A DNA stretch of 64,000 nucleotides. Origin: Tubiluchus corallicola. Taxonomy: Eukaryota; Animalia; Priapulida. The position numbers and the translations under genes were made by a program. The first letter of the stretch is position 1. Each line of letters begins with the position of its first letter. Shown here one piece after another: positions 11,280 through 23,800 of the stretch. The notes below the pieces were generated by a model that saw only the letters and a program-made list of their open reading frames with translations, was not told where the DNA came from and ran no database searches. The stretch is from contig JAQGDQ010002372.1 of NCBI GenBank assembly GCA_030141605.1, forward strand, positions 1 through 64,000, given 5' to 3'.

Positions 11280-11833
11280 TTTGAAGAAGGTATAGCGTAA
11301 TCAGGATATAATAGATGCCTTATAATGCCCGAGGATGTCAAGGGGAACGTCTTTGTCACAAGGAACTGATTTTCCTTAAATTACCATTGATTGTTAACGA
11401 CCCGATTAGGGCCTTTTGTGTAGGTCCTCCACTAATTCTCGGCGTTTGGTTTTCGCGCCAAATCCACACAATATAGTTCTTATAACAATGTTTATTTCGT
11501 TGATAACTTTAATAAGATCAATTATCACAGAATTTAAATTACATCACTGAAACCGCGTACTATTCATACACACGTAGGTATAAAATTTATAGAACATAAC
11601 ACGGTATAAAGTTGTTAAAATTGACTTCAAAATATGAACAGCTTTGATAGCAACTTTACTTCGTCACGGTCACAGTCAGAAGTGACAGTGAGAGACAAAG
11701 AGAGACAGAGAGAGAAAGAGAGGGGGTGGGGGGGAGAGAAGCTACATGACATCAAGTGTACAGTATACTGGTTATTCCTCACATATAGGCGACGCTTTTG
11801 AAATTGATAACATTGGTTATTTCTCACATGTAG

Positions 11834-14800
11834 GCATCGCTTTTGAATTTGATTACATAAAGGAGATCTGCAATGTCTTACCATTATCAGAAGCGGCTTC
11901 ATGGTGGGAAGCAAATACTAACACTTCCGTAGCTGGGAATAAAACCACAACTGTCACATGGATGAAAGATCCAATGGAATTATTTGGCTTTGACAGAGGC
12001 GAACACTATTACGTTGGACAGGCAAGCTGCAGCTATCAATGAATCATTTGATTAAAAAGTAACATCATATCGGTTTAATCAAAGTACGGTTGTATGATAA
12101 AGCCATTGGCTGTAAAAGTAGGTAGTTGTGTATCTTTGTAGCTAGTTAACTGCTGTATACAACACTATGAATACTTTCTCAAACAAACTATAAGAGAGAA
12201 AATAGAGTACTAAACATGCTGAAAAGTTTCTATTTTTAATAAGTTAAAATAGCATTACTTTTTGTGAAAAGAACGTGTTTCTGATATAACAACTGGCGGC
12301 GCAGAAAAATATGCTGAAGTTTAGACTAGAAAATGAGTGACCTGCAAAGTTGAAAGTTCAAAGATGATACTACAGTACATTAGCTTTTAGCTGCGAAAAT
12401 TACAAGTTTATAGCTTTAGCCGTTTTTTTAGCTATGACCGAAATTTTTTTTGGATGTTAATAACTTAAATTCCGGGACAATGTCAGTTATATTCATCAAC
12501 TGAAAAACAGCCAGGTTCACGTACAAAACACTCAATAATACAATAGGCAAAACAACAATAAAAAAATGAAACAGTTTATATCATGGTCTTCAACACAAGG
12601 CATGCGGTTTTCTATTACGGTATCTGGAATCCCTTTAAAGAGAAAGTGTACAATAGCCGGGAATGCACAGAACCGTTTGAGTCAAAGGAACTAAAGGCAA
12701 AAATTGTTGAGGGTTGGCACCAAATACCCGTTAAACAAGTGAGAAAAAGTGTCAGTTCTTGGAAGAAATGCCTTCGTCTAATTTGCAGTGAAAATAGTGA
12801 ACGCATAGAGCTGTTGCTGTAAATTTTTCGCAATAGTGACAAAAATTCTTTTCGGCATTTAGTTTTTTGACTTGTCGATTTAAAACTTCGACAACTATGG
12901 ACAAATCTGCGGGAGTGACCTAAAGTATTTGACGTATGCACACAAACGGCTGTAACGCCAATCTAGTAATTTCGAAGAGATTCCGTTATTTTCCTCTTAT
13001 ATTATAGTGATTAAAATAGCGGCACATTTTTTGCGCCACTGTTAGTATCAAGGGTTTAATTGTGATGATATACTGTAGAATGCCATCTCGACGCTCGTTA
13101 ACAGGATCTTTTTCATTTGTTCATTAAAGCGTATTTTTTGTGTTATTACAGAGAATGCATAGAGGATTATTGTGTGATGTTTGGTCATTGCGCTTCTTGG
13201 ACACCGCAAATGTAACTGGGGCACCTGTACTTACTAATCAAACGTGGGAATACTATTTCTTTAACGTAATTAGCTATTTCTACTTTGTAAAAATTACTAC
13301 TACATTAGGCTGGAATAAGCGCCAATTTACTTGGTAGATACGCACTTTAGTCCAACTGAAAAAAGGGCTATTTTTTCTGGTGCTATCACAGAGTTCCACT
13401 CAATCCATAGATTACACAATACTGGTTTTACCGGTCGTGTAATGTAATCGATAACGCGTCTGCTTTCCGTCTGGGAGGTCGAAAGTTTGAAACCGCGGTC
13501 TGGTAATACCAGACTTTAAAAATGGTAAATGCTGTTGCATGCCGTGCTTGGCGCATGGTGTTTGGGGCAAAATTGGGGTAATAATAATGACTGGCTTGTG
13601 TTGTCTGTTGAATTTAAAGCCGACTTATTATTATTATTATTATTATTATTGCGCTTTTTGCAAACAGCGAAAACTGACTCCATAGTAATGCGTACATTTT
13701 GCTTCTATCTAAATAAATTAATTCAGATTAAGTAAACTGTGTGACGTATTACGTTTGCCAGCTTTTGAGAATTGTATGTTTTTACAGAATACTAAAGGAA
13801 AGAGTGTGTTTGTTTATCTGGAGTTATGGATAGAAAACAGGGTAAACACATTTTATGCTTTTAATAAGTTTATTTTGAAATCATCGTATTTGTCATATAA
13901 AAGATGCAACTACTACTAGATTTTATGGTGTTGAATCAAACATGAAGCATGATTGCGAGGTTTATATCCTTCGAATGCTTTAGTTTTTTTTGGATAGGAG
14001 TATTTTGCTATAGCTTATATCATTTTTTACTTTATTTACTTTATTTACATTTTTACTATATATATATTGTCCAAGGGCAGTGAGAATTATTGTAATGGTT
14101 TGTTTTTATCAAACAGGAAGTTGGTTTCCGCGTGCCATCCTATGTTACCATCGTCGGTTTTTCTGAATACTGGGATGACAAAGAGTTTGAAGACTCAAAG
14201 ATATGTTATGAAGAGAAGGACAAAAGACGTCTTGAGTTAACTTTTTACGGTTTGTAGATAATTTGATAAGTTTTGGTAATTATAGTTTCTGTTGAGAAAT
14301 TCTAACTATTGACTACACTGACATGCGCGAGTATAGTTCTTTTATCGCTCCAGGTGCTATTGTTACCAAACTTATTACGGCCAGGCAGTTGACGCTAGGC
14401 CCTCTGTACTGTAGTCTCTGCTTGATATCATATTAAGATCTAATGCCACAGTCACCATCAATATGTAGATATGAAAAGCCATAGATGAAGACTTGTGGTA
14501 GTTAATTAATATAAGTAAATGCAGCTACAAATACATTTTTATATTCAACCTGAAAATCCAGCTGAAATTTTGGAATAGCGGAATGGTGAAAATGGTTTTG
14601 TTCATTTAACATTGTGTACTTTCTATCAGTAAGGTGGTTCAAATATGGAGAATTTTTTTACGTTGAGTACTTTCCGTCAGTAAGGGAAATCAGAGATGGA
14701 GAATTTTCAAACACTTTCTTGTAGCTCGTTTTTTATTTAAAATTATTCAATTTTTACTGTCTAAAAAGAATTTTTGTTGAATAGTAAGTAAAGGAAAAGA

Positions 14801-17800
14801 CTAAGCAGTTACTCACAATCTTCTGTATATTTCAGGCGTTTATCCGGCAGGAGAACTGAGCGTTTTTAGACATGAACTGAAAGCCGAAATTTCAAAAACA
14901 GCAAAAGTTTCGATTAGAAGAATTGTTAATATGGATCTGGCTACTGATGAACAGAATACCTACGTTACTTTTACTCTGTTGGAGAATGTTCCCGATGGTT
15001 AACATAAATTTTATTGACGTTCATTATTTTAATTATTATGCTAACATATTTCACCATACTTAAGTTTTATGATTAACTGATTACAAAAATGTTAAAAAAA
15101 TACTGGCCGAAATTGTTTAAAACACTAGTAAAGCTATAAAGATTTGTCGAGTACAGAATATTTTTAGTGATATATGATAAAGAAGAACTACTTACATCGA
15201 TGCAGGATAACCAGTCTTAATGTGAGGCAACCAAAGATTTTACGTGACGTTTATCTAGTACACTTCATAGAGATAATTTCGACTAGACGAAGACTCGCTG
15301 TTTGTCGGTTTTTGTTACAGTGTGTTTTGTTAACAGCCATACTATTTTGTTTTACTTCTGTAGGAGTTTTCTGCAATGCTTACATGAGCTTTTGTCACAT
15401 CTCGTATAATGCTCAAACGAAATGCTTCGTTTTTTCCTAAAAATACAAATTTCAAAAATACTTTGATTTAAATGCAGCATAATTACATGTTAGCAAATAT
15501 GAATTATTTTTTGATCTTGTAATTTTTCATTTTGTCGTGGTACTGCATGTATTAGTAAGCTTGTAGGATGTGATATGAGCAAAATGCATGTCTGGCTTTG
15601 TTAAAGGAAATGGTAGGTTTTAGTTTGCAAAAGCTTAATCTGTGAACAATGGGTTTTCAGGTGACCATTTGCTGGATTATGACGTGTTGACGGAACTACA
15701 GAAAGCTGGGCCAGGTGACAAGGAGTTCGATGAAGAGATGACACCAGAAGAATGTGCTGCGAGATGCGATGCTGAGATAGAGTTTGAGTGTCGGAGCTTC
15801 GGATCGTGCAAATCAGATATTGCCGTAAAACCATGCTATTTGTACAAGTACCATCCTAATGATATGACACCCGGTGCATTTTTACCCATGGTCTTTTGTG
15901 ATTATTACTACAGTAAGTCAGTAAGTTTTTTAATAAAATAAATCTTTAGGTATTAAAATTTAAACAACAAAGTTAGCAAAAAAGCAACAAAAATATGTGA
16001 AAAGACGAGTTAACGATTAGCTATTGGGCTGGGGTCTGAACCTGTGACCTTTGTATTACAAGCCTAACATTTTAACCACTAGATATTAAATTTATTTTTT
16101 TTTAGGAAAATGAGTAAACTAAGTTTTGCTGGAGAGCTGTTATATAGACGCAGGGCTTTGGAGTTATTCACTTGCTTTTGAATTGCAACTCACTTAATGC
16201 GTACTGCGACAAATAAATATAGACTATACACACAGGGAAAACAAAAACAAACATAATGGCGTCTATCAATTAGTCTTTTATTTTTTTCTAGGAACTGTAA
16301 TAGAAAGTGGGGTGCATAAGACAAATCTGTACGCAATAACTGCCTTGGAAAGTGCAGTATTTTATAATCGCTTCTTTGTTATTCATACCCTGGCAAATGG
16401 CACGGTAAGAAAATTCGCACAAGTTTTTCGAATTACGAGATATAATTGTCTTTATTTATATATCGCAAGATGTGTTCGAAATTTTACGTTGCACATACTT
16501 TAATGTCAGCCATAGAAAATAATTCGGATTATAATTGCAAAGTCAGTGATGGCAACGATACTATAGTTGTTTGTAACGGTATAGTGTTTTAAATTTGTTT
16601 CATAGTACTGTTGTTGACAATATTATTACTGTGGCACTTGATGATAACCATGTCAATGCAGGCCAATGAAAGACGTTCAAAATAGGTTACATAGCTGACT
16701 TTAAGGTTGGTTGTTGCACTTTCATATAATTAGTCAAATCCACTTCCAAAGTTAGTCAATTTGTGGATTCTATGTACTTAAACAAACTTTCAACTTACCC
16801 ACACTTTGTTAAAAAATTTCTCGCAGTTAAAATGAGTTATTACTTAACAATACTTGCTTTATTTTACAGACGGCAATGTATAGAGCAATGAATATACGAG
16901 AAATTGGCGTCGATACTGGAGGAGGTATTTCAAACTAATAATTATTTAGGCATTTAGGCCTATATTTATTGTTATAGAATTATATTTTGATACCTTAGTT
17001 TCCATTTTCTGGTTAAAAGTGTCATTTAGGTAATCTAAGTCAAGTCCTTAAGGATCACCTGATTAGGCACTGCGTCATTTATAGAATGGTTTAGCAGATC
17101 TATCGTAAATCCATAAAGCTTTTTGCAATCTTTGTTTTGAGTCTTACTGACAAAGAACCTGCAATTCAAAGGGTGACAAACTTGGTGCAAAAAAATCTAG
17201 GAATGACCTAAAAGAGGGAGGCATTTAAACCTCATCTGACGCATATCTACGAAACTAGTGAGAATTTTTCTTCAGTTTTGCTAAGCAGGTATTTAAAGAT
17301 TTTAAGTGATGAATTTGGTGCCTAAGAATTGCACGTTTTTACTAATCAGCATATTTCCCCCAAGTTTGCATTTCATATACTTTATATGTGCCGAAATTAT
17401 CTATAAAATAACACATTACAAAAATTCTTTACCGTACTCAGAATGTGGTTTTAATGTAATTTACTGGCAATTTTAGGAAGCTTCTTGAACCAATTCCACC
17501 ACTTAAGAATGTAATTTTTACATCGGGAACATTTGGCACCAATTCTGTGTCAGTAGTTAATGAACTTTAAGATGTAGTTTAAACTTACTGAACACTTGCT
17601 GTTTAATGCATCAACTGAAAAACACACGCATCAACATTTAGAGCTTTCCACTGGACTATAAAAGCACTCCAGCTCTCGAACGTTTTGTACTCGACATGCA
17701 AGGAAGTAAGACCATCTCTGTCAGCTCCTGCTTTACCAGGTCCGAACGTTTTGAAGATCAGGTGGTATCGAACATACAACCTTCACGGAAAATGAGCAGT

Positions 17801-20800
17801 ATTTTATAAATTTAAACTCTACAGCTGTACCTGAACTATAAAACTTTAACTCTGAACTGACTGGTTCATTCTTTATAAATTTTGTAGGTTGTAGTACATT
17901 GTGCAGGACAATTTCGTAAATACTTCTAATAAACAAACGTTGGTTTTCAGAGCAGTTCGTGGTGGGTTACGAGGAAATGACGCTAACCAGTTCCAGGGTA
18001 ATAGTGGGCGTGACACTGGAAGGTTGTGAAAGCGAGTGCGTGAATGCTCTGGATGAAAAGGTATTCATTTAAGCTTTTCCACAAACTTGTATATATGATA
18101 CAGCGCTTTTAAAATTGTCTTTGTTTACATGACTATAGTCTCCAATAGTTGAGCATGGTCTGTTTGTAATTGCATGGATGAGCATCTGAACAAGGGTCAT
18201 GTTCGGTTATGTAGATTCATACACAAAAGCGGGAACAAATTATCCACGTAAATGTTATTTTGTCAAATTCCTCTATTTGCTACACTGTTTAGCGTAATTC
18301 GTCTGTGTGAGTAATTTTTAAACTCACTTTTCAACGTGCACTATCAAATTTAGTCTGCGTTAGACTAATTTTCGACACAGACCAATTACATTTTTTTTAT
18401 TCCAATGCGATGCTTATTTTCAATTAAATTTAAACGACTGAACCTTAGAGCGGACTTTTCAATCAGAATCTTCTTCAGCGGACTCAAACTCGGAGCGTGA
18501 AGTTTCTTTATCAACCTTTTGCCTTATTCTGTAGCCCCACACAGAATATTTTCGAAAACAGACTAATTTAATCCAGGAAAAAAGACGCAAAAAGTACACT
18601 TTAAAATTACTCTGTGTGAGACTATGTTTTCGCACAGACTAATTTTCACACATACTAACTACATTAAACAATGTAGCAGTTTACTTGCAGTGAAGCTTGT
18701 AATCTGTTCTATTCCACCATTTCTCCTAATGAAATGCCGGATGGCTCGTAGGAATTCGTTATAAATTCACGTTTGTTGAATATTGACTGTTTTTGCAAAC
18801 GTTAGTATTTTCTGCTTTCCTGATGAATTGTTAAAACAGTGTCAAGTGATGAAAATACGTATTCGTATTTTTCATAGCATGTATCATACGATTTTTGAAC
18901 TTTCTAAAATCAATATTATTGCGTGATCAATGCCTTTTTTAGTATAAATGTAAAAAGGATAGACAATATTTTTTGACTTAAATGATATTATTTAAAAACT
19001 AGATAAGATATGAGTGTTTGCCTATTTTAGAATTATTTCTTTTTTAGCTCGTTAAAAATATTGTCGACTTAACATTTCGTTGCTCTAAGGCATCAGAACT
19101 AATTTTTTCTTATTAGACAAAGACAAAATACATGCCTTTTATTTTGATTACAGTGCGAGTCATTTAGCTACTGCCCGTCACTGCTAGAGTGTCGATTAAC
19201 GAGTGACTTCATAGATGAAATACCTTCAAGTGGTATGGGTCCCATGGATTCTTGTACCATCTTCGGACGTGAGTGATTAAATTTTTATCTCAATAGCGAG
19301 GAAATGGTTAATAAATTAATAATTAACTTTCGTATGTGACATTTTCTAATAAAGCTTTAACCGAAACTTGCTGTTTTATCCTCCTTTTGAGTGGATTGAT
19401 GAGCTATCGTAGCGAACTATACTTTTGCTTGGTTAAGTAGGATTGAACCAAGACCGAAATGGATGGGTGGCTGCTGAAAGAACTGTATGTGAGAGTTTGA
19501 TCTACTTACTTCCTATGCTGTTTATTTCATTGAGACACCTACACTCACCAGAACCTGTGGCTATGGCACCATTGACGGTTCAGTTCAATTTTTTGCCACA
19601 CCTGTTCAAAATTAAAGTACTTTACTGTTGAATTCTAGTTTTTTAGCATGCAGTTTGCTGAACTTTGCTGAATAAAAATTTTGATGTTAAACTTTACTGC
19701 TTATTCAGTTTGTAACAGTTTGCTTTCTTTGTCCTTTCAACAGAGCTCCTTATCTGGATTTCTCTGATTCCACTTGCTATCTGTACTATCGATTTTCTTA
19801 TTTTTGAGCGTTGCAAAAGGCAGGTATGATTTCTGGTCTCTAATGGATGGACAAAGAATGAGTGAATGAATGATCGGGTGCTTAATTTCTCAGGTGTATG
19901 TTGAGAATTAGAGCTTCGGCCTTCCAAATGGTTCATAATCAGGTGCTAATGCAAAAAATGCATAGTTCTTGCAATGGACACCTAGAACTCATAACTTTTG
20001 AGAAGTTCATAAGCGAGTCTGAGCTGCAAACCTGTTCAATTTAGCTGAATATCGAGACAGTAGGCAAAAAATGAGAAAGTGCTAGTAAAGAACTACAAAT
20101 AAAGAAAAAAGTTTCGCTTTGTTGATAGAAAAAGGCTTTGGTGGTTTTACAAAAAGGAGCGAACCAACCCATGCTATTCGTGGCGGGATTTGAATTTTGC
20201 TGTGCGACATGCAATAAACTCCAGTATTTTTAAATCTAATTTGTTTGCATTTGAAAACCTTTAGAGTCATAATTATGTTTCTGTCACTAATTTTTAGGAA
20301 GTTATTTAACTGCTTTTATTCACCATCCCGGAAAAGTTCTTCCTGTCGAACCTGATAAGGTTGAAGACGTAGACACGGCTGATAAATGCGCCCAAACGTG
20401 CTATAGTGATGTAAGTTACTTCTATTAATAGGTGGCACTTTTTATATTAATTTTTATTATTACATTTTGGACCACTGATGTTCTCATACAATTTTCCTTA
20501 GCTTGTTTATCTTTCGATTCAATGCTGCGTTTGTTAAATGAATGGTCACGCATCATTGCACTATTGTTGTTATTTCTTTTTATTAGTGAATAGTTATTTG
20601 TCAAAAATGCTTATATGTTAACAGAGAAGGGGTGGGGAAGGGGCCAAAAGACGTAGAGAATAGATATGAGTGATTGAGAAACAAAGGACCTACAAGATCA
20701 GTATGCAAACTGTTAAATGATTTGAAACACTTAAACAGCGAGAAAAGTCAACACCTACCCGCCGATTGTTTGTAACTACAAGAATTTTCAGAAATCCCTC

Positions 20801-23800
20801 CTTCAGAAATTTGGGATGATGAAAATGGAATGCCGTATGTTAGAATAGCCTTGTATATGCTTGTATGTCTTTATGACGCAATCTTGCACCGTTTTAAATT
20901 AAATAAAAAATCTTTTCTTTGAATTGTCCTCGAAATAGCAAGCAAGATGAAATAGCACATCAACGTAAAACTCTAAAATGGTCTTTTGCTATGTACGCAG
21001 TACAAAATATTTCTCTATTAACATTTTGTGTGTCCTCTGATTTCTAGCGAACTTATTTACGCTCCTAATATTAACCGTAAAGACTGATAATTCCAGCGGG
21101 TGGCATTGGATCCACCTATGGAGTTATCATTTAATCCACCTATTTTACTCCATTTTGAACAGCATTTTTGGTAAACTGACATCTAGTGGAATAATCGGGG
21201 CCACCGGATGAACTCCCAAATTCTAGTCATTGAGTTTGGCAGACTTTCTTTTAATATTTGTTTGATTATTTTCAGAAAGAGTTGCCTTGTTTGTCGTTCG
21301 AATTCTGCTCGTATGATGAACAAGGGACTAAGGACATCGTGCTTACCAAATGTTACATGTTTAAAACACATCTTTTGGATTACGGATCTTCGACAAATCT
21401 TACAGAAAATGCACCATGCGATTTTTACACTAGTAAGAAATTAAAATGTTGTAGTAAGTTTATAAAATGTTTGTTTTACTCTTTTGAAAAAGCGCAGTCA
21501 AGAGGTCTTTATGTAAAGGCAAATACGTTATTGGTTAAGTATTGTGTAAATACGAATGATGTTCAAATAGTATACGTCAATTTTTTCGCATGTGCCTTAA
21601 TGTGCAACTTTTTCCAATACAACTACACTTTTTAAAGGTGGCTCACAATAGGGCATTTCGTAGGCTCTTCGTGGGATTATATAGTGTATGAGAAAAATTG
21701 GTAAATTTTAATATTCCTAACTATGAAACTACACGAAATATAACAGGATCCTACTTTGCACATCACAAAACATATATATGAACGAATTTGTACAAACTAC
21801 ATTTTGCACTATGAGGTCAACATCTTTTACCATTTTAATGGTGACTTTTGTTGGGTTTTATGCATCTGTGTGTTGTATTTTTTAATGATCTGTCTTGTGT
21901 TCTACGTTTTCTGTTCTGGGTGTATGTATGTATATATAGGTAAATATTTTATTAGTTTCTATTGTAATTTTATAGTATAGCTGAGTTTTTGCTAATTTGT
22001 TACATAACGCTGTGTGCTTTTAAATGTATTTAAATGAAATAAATTTAAAATAAAAAAATAATAAATTTGTTAGGCTGTATATAACTATGAGGCGCCTATA
22101 CAAGTCCTTTAACGTTAAAGGTTGTTTTAATAATTACTCGTGATTTATATTTTTACCCGTTAACAATTTTATTATTATTCCAAAATCTTTTAGGAGGCTA
22201 CTTGGTCGACTTTACCAAATACCAAAACAAATCGCTTTATGTAGAAGACGGGTCAAGCCAAGAACTGTATATCCAAGAATCCTATCCAGATGAGTGTGCT
22301 AAGTTTTGTGTAGAGGTTTGTGCTCTAAGAAACAACATTAACATAGACGTTTATTCGTATAGTAATAATATTACAGATAAAACACTAATAATAAAGGCTT
22401 AAAAATGACTTCGTTTCTAACTCAAGTAATGGTTATAATTGTGTTGACGATGAAGATGAGTGTGTTTATTTTTTATTATGTGTGACGTTGAAGTGTGTTT
22501 ATTTTTTATTATGTGTAACGCAAGAAAAGTAAATTAGATCACATGTTAGTCACTTCTCAAAAATTTTTATGAGCTTACAAGAAGATTAGAGGAAATCCAA
22601 AAACCCAAAGGAACTTATTCCCACGGATTGTGACAGTTGCAGTAATGGAATAGTAATGAGAGCAGACAGGTCGACTGACAGATGGACGTAAAGATAGATA
22701 GATGGATAGGTAGCAGATAGATAGGCAGGCCTACTAGTAGAGTACCATGGGCTATCCATGCGTGCCTCTGATTATATGGTTATACGGCATTTTCTCACTT
22801 GATGAGTGAATGGCCAGTTTCTCGACAGTATTTAGCAGATTCTGGATACCTTGTCTGCAGTATCTTACACGTTTGTATGCGTTTAGCAGAGAATAATAAT
22901 ATAGTTGCTACTATACGCTATTTTTCCTAAGCTGGAATTACCAAAACTGCTCGCACTTACAGGTCAATGTATTTTTACTAAAGTACTGTAACAAAATCAT
23001 TTACACTTTATGTACGTGAATTTTATGTGTATGAAGCGCAGCCATATTTAGATACTATCACTAAGTGAAATATCGACCTAGGCTAAAGAGCTACATTTAC
23101 TCGCGTTAAATGCAAAACCATTTCTATGTTTAGGAGTCCAACTTTGACTGTCGCTCGTTCGATATGTGTACAGGACGTCCAGGATTAGTTGCAACTTACT
23201 GCATACTCGAATCCGCTAATCTCCAAGATTCCAATGCACAACTCGAAGACTACATGTTATGTGATCATTATTCACGTATGGATTTAAACAGTTTTAGTAT
23301 CACTAAGTATTGTCAATTTTAATCTTTAAAACGAATTCACAGTTGTGAAAACAATGTAGCTTGTTTTCCTATTTCACTCCATAAGCGTAGAGTTTGCCAG
23401 TCAGCACAGTATTAGTAATTTTAATAAGCCTTCATGCAGCTTACTGATTTGGCTACGTAGCATTTTGAATCTTATTTGTAGAATGCATTCTTATTTCTAA
23501 TTATTCTTCCGATGTATGTGTTTTTCTAAGCCTTTCTACAAAATCATCTGTCTAGCGTTAGTAAATTTCCAACGGCATTCTGCCCAGATGTAGGGTGTGA
23601 AAGATTTTAGGTTATTTACTTTAGTGTTCACTCATTCTTTACCCTACCCCCCCCCATACTCTCTTTTTAAACTGTATTCATGTGGTCCTGACTTGGCGTC
23701 TTTATGTCATGTTATACTGACAGGGCAAGCTTACCTTGTCTTTTGGCAGTCTGTTCTTGGCTAGGAAAGTTGTTGTTGTTGTTTACCCAGTTAAACCATT

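Larger units (their letters stand above)
6706..11690 (-). mobile_element. Near full-length non-LTR retrotransposon (I-group/Jockey-superclade-like LINE, no RNase H)
   Basis: About 410-nt 5' UTR starting CACTGTCACTTCTGACTGTGACC next to a GA-rich tract. Gag-like ORF1, then ORF2 with APE, RT and a C-terminal CCHC motif. The 3' UTR matches the 101-537 copy and then degrades. Confidence 0.95.

Noticed and set aside
11746-12042. Stand-alone 98-aa ORF starting at ATG 11746
   Set aside because: Better explained as an internal exon (11834-12021) plus a duplicated acceptor. It has no signal peptide although the product is extracellular.
13430-13500. tRNA gene (also ~16025-16086 and ~32150-32205)
   Set aside because: The A/B-box-like motifs lack a complete cloverleaf and acceptor stem. 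These are SINE heads.
21632-22112. TTAAAGG...CCTTTAA-bounded element (Kolobok/Crypton-like)
   Set aside because: Only a 7-bp terminal match in AT-rich DNA and no second copy in the window.
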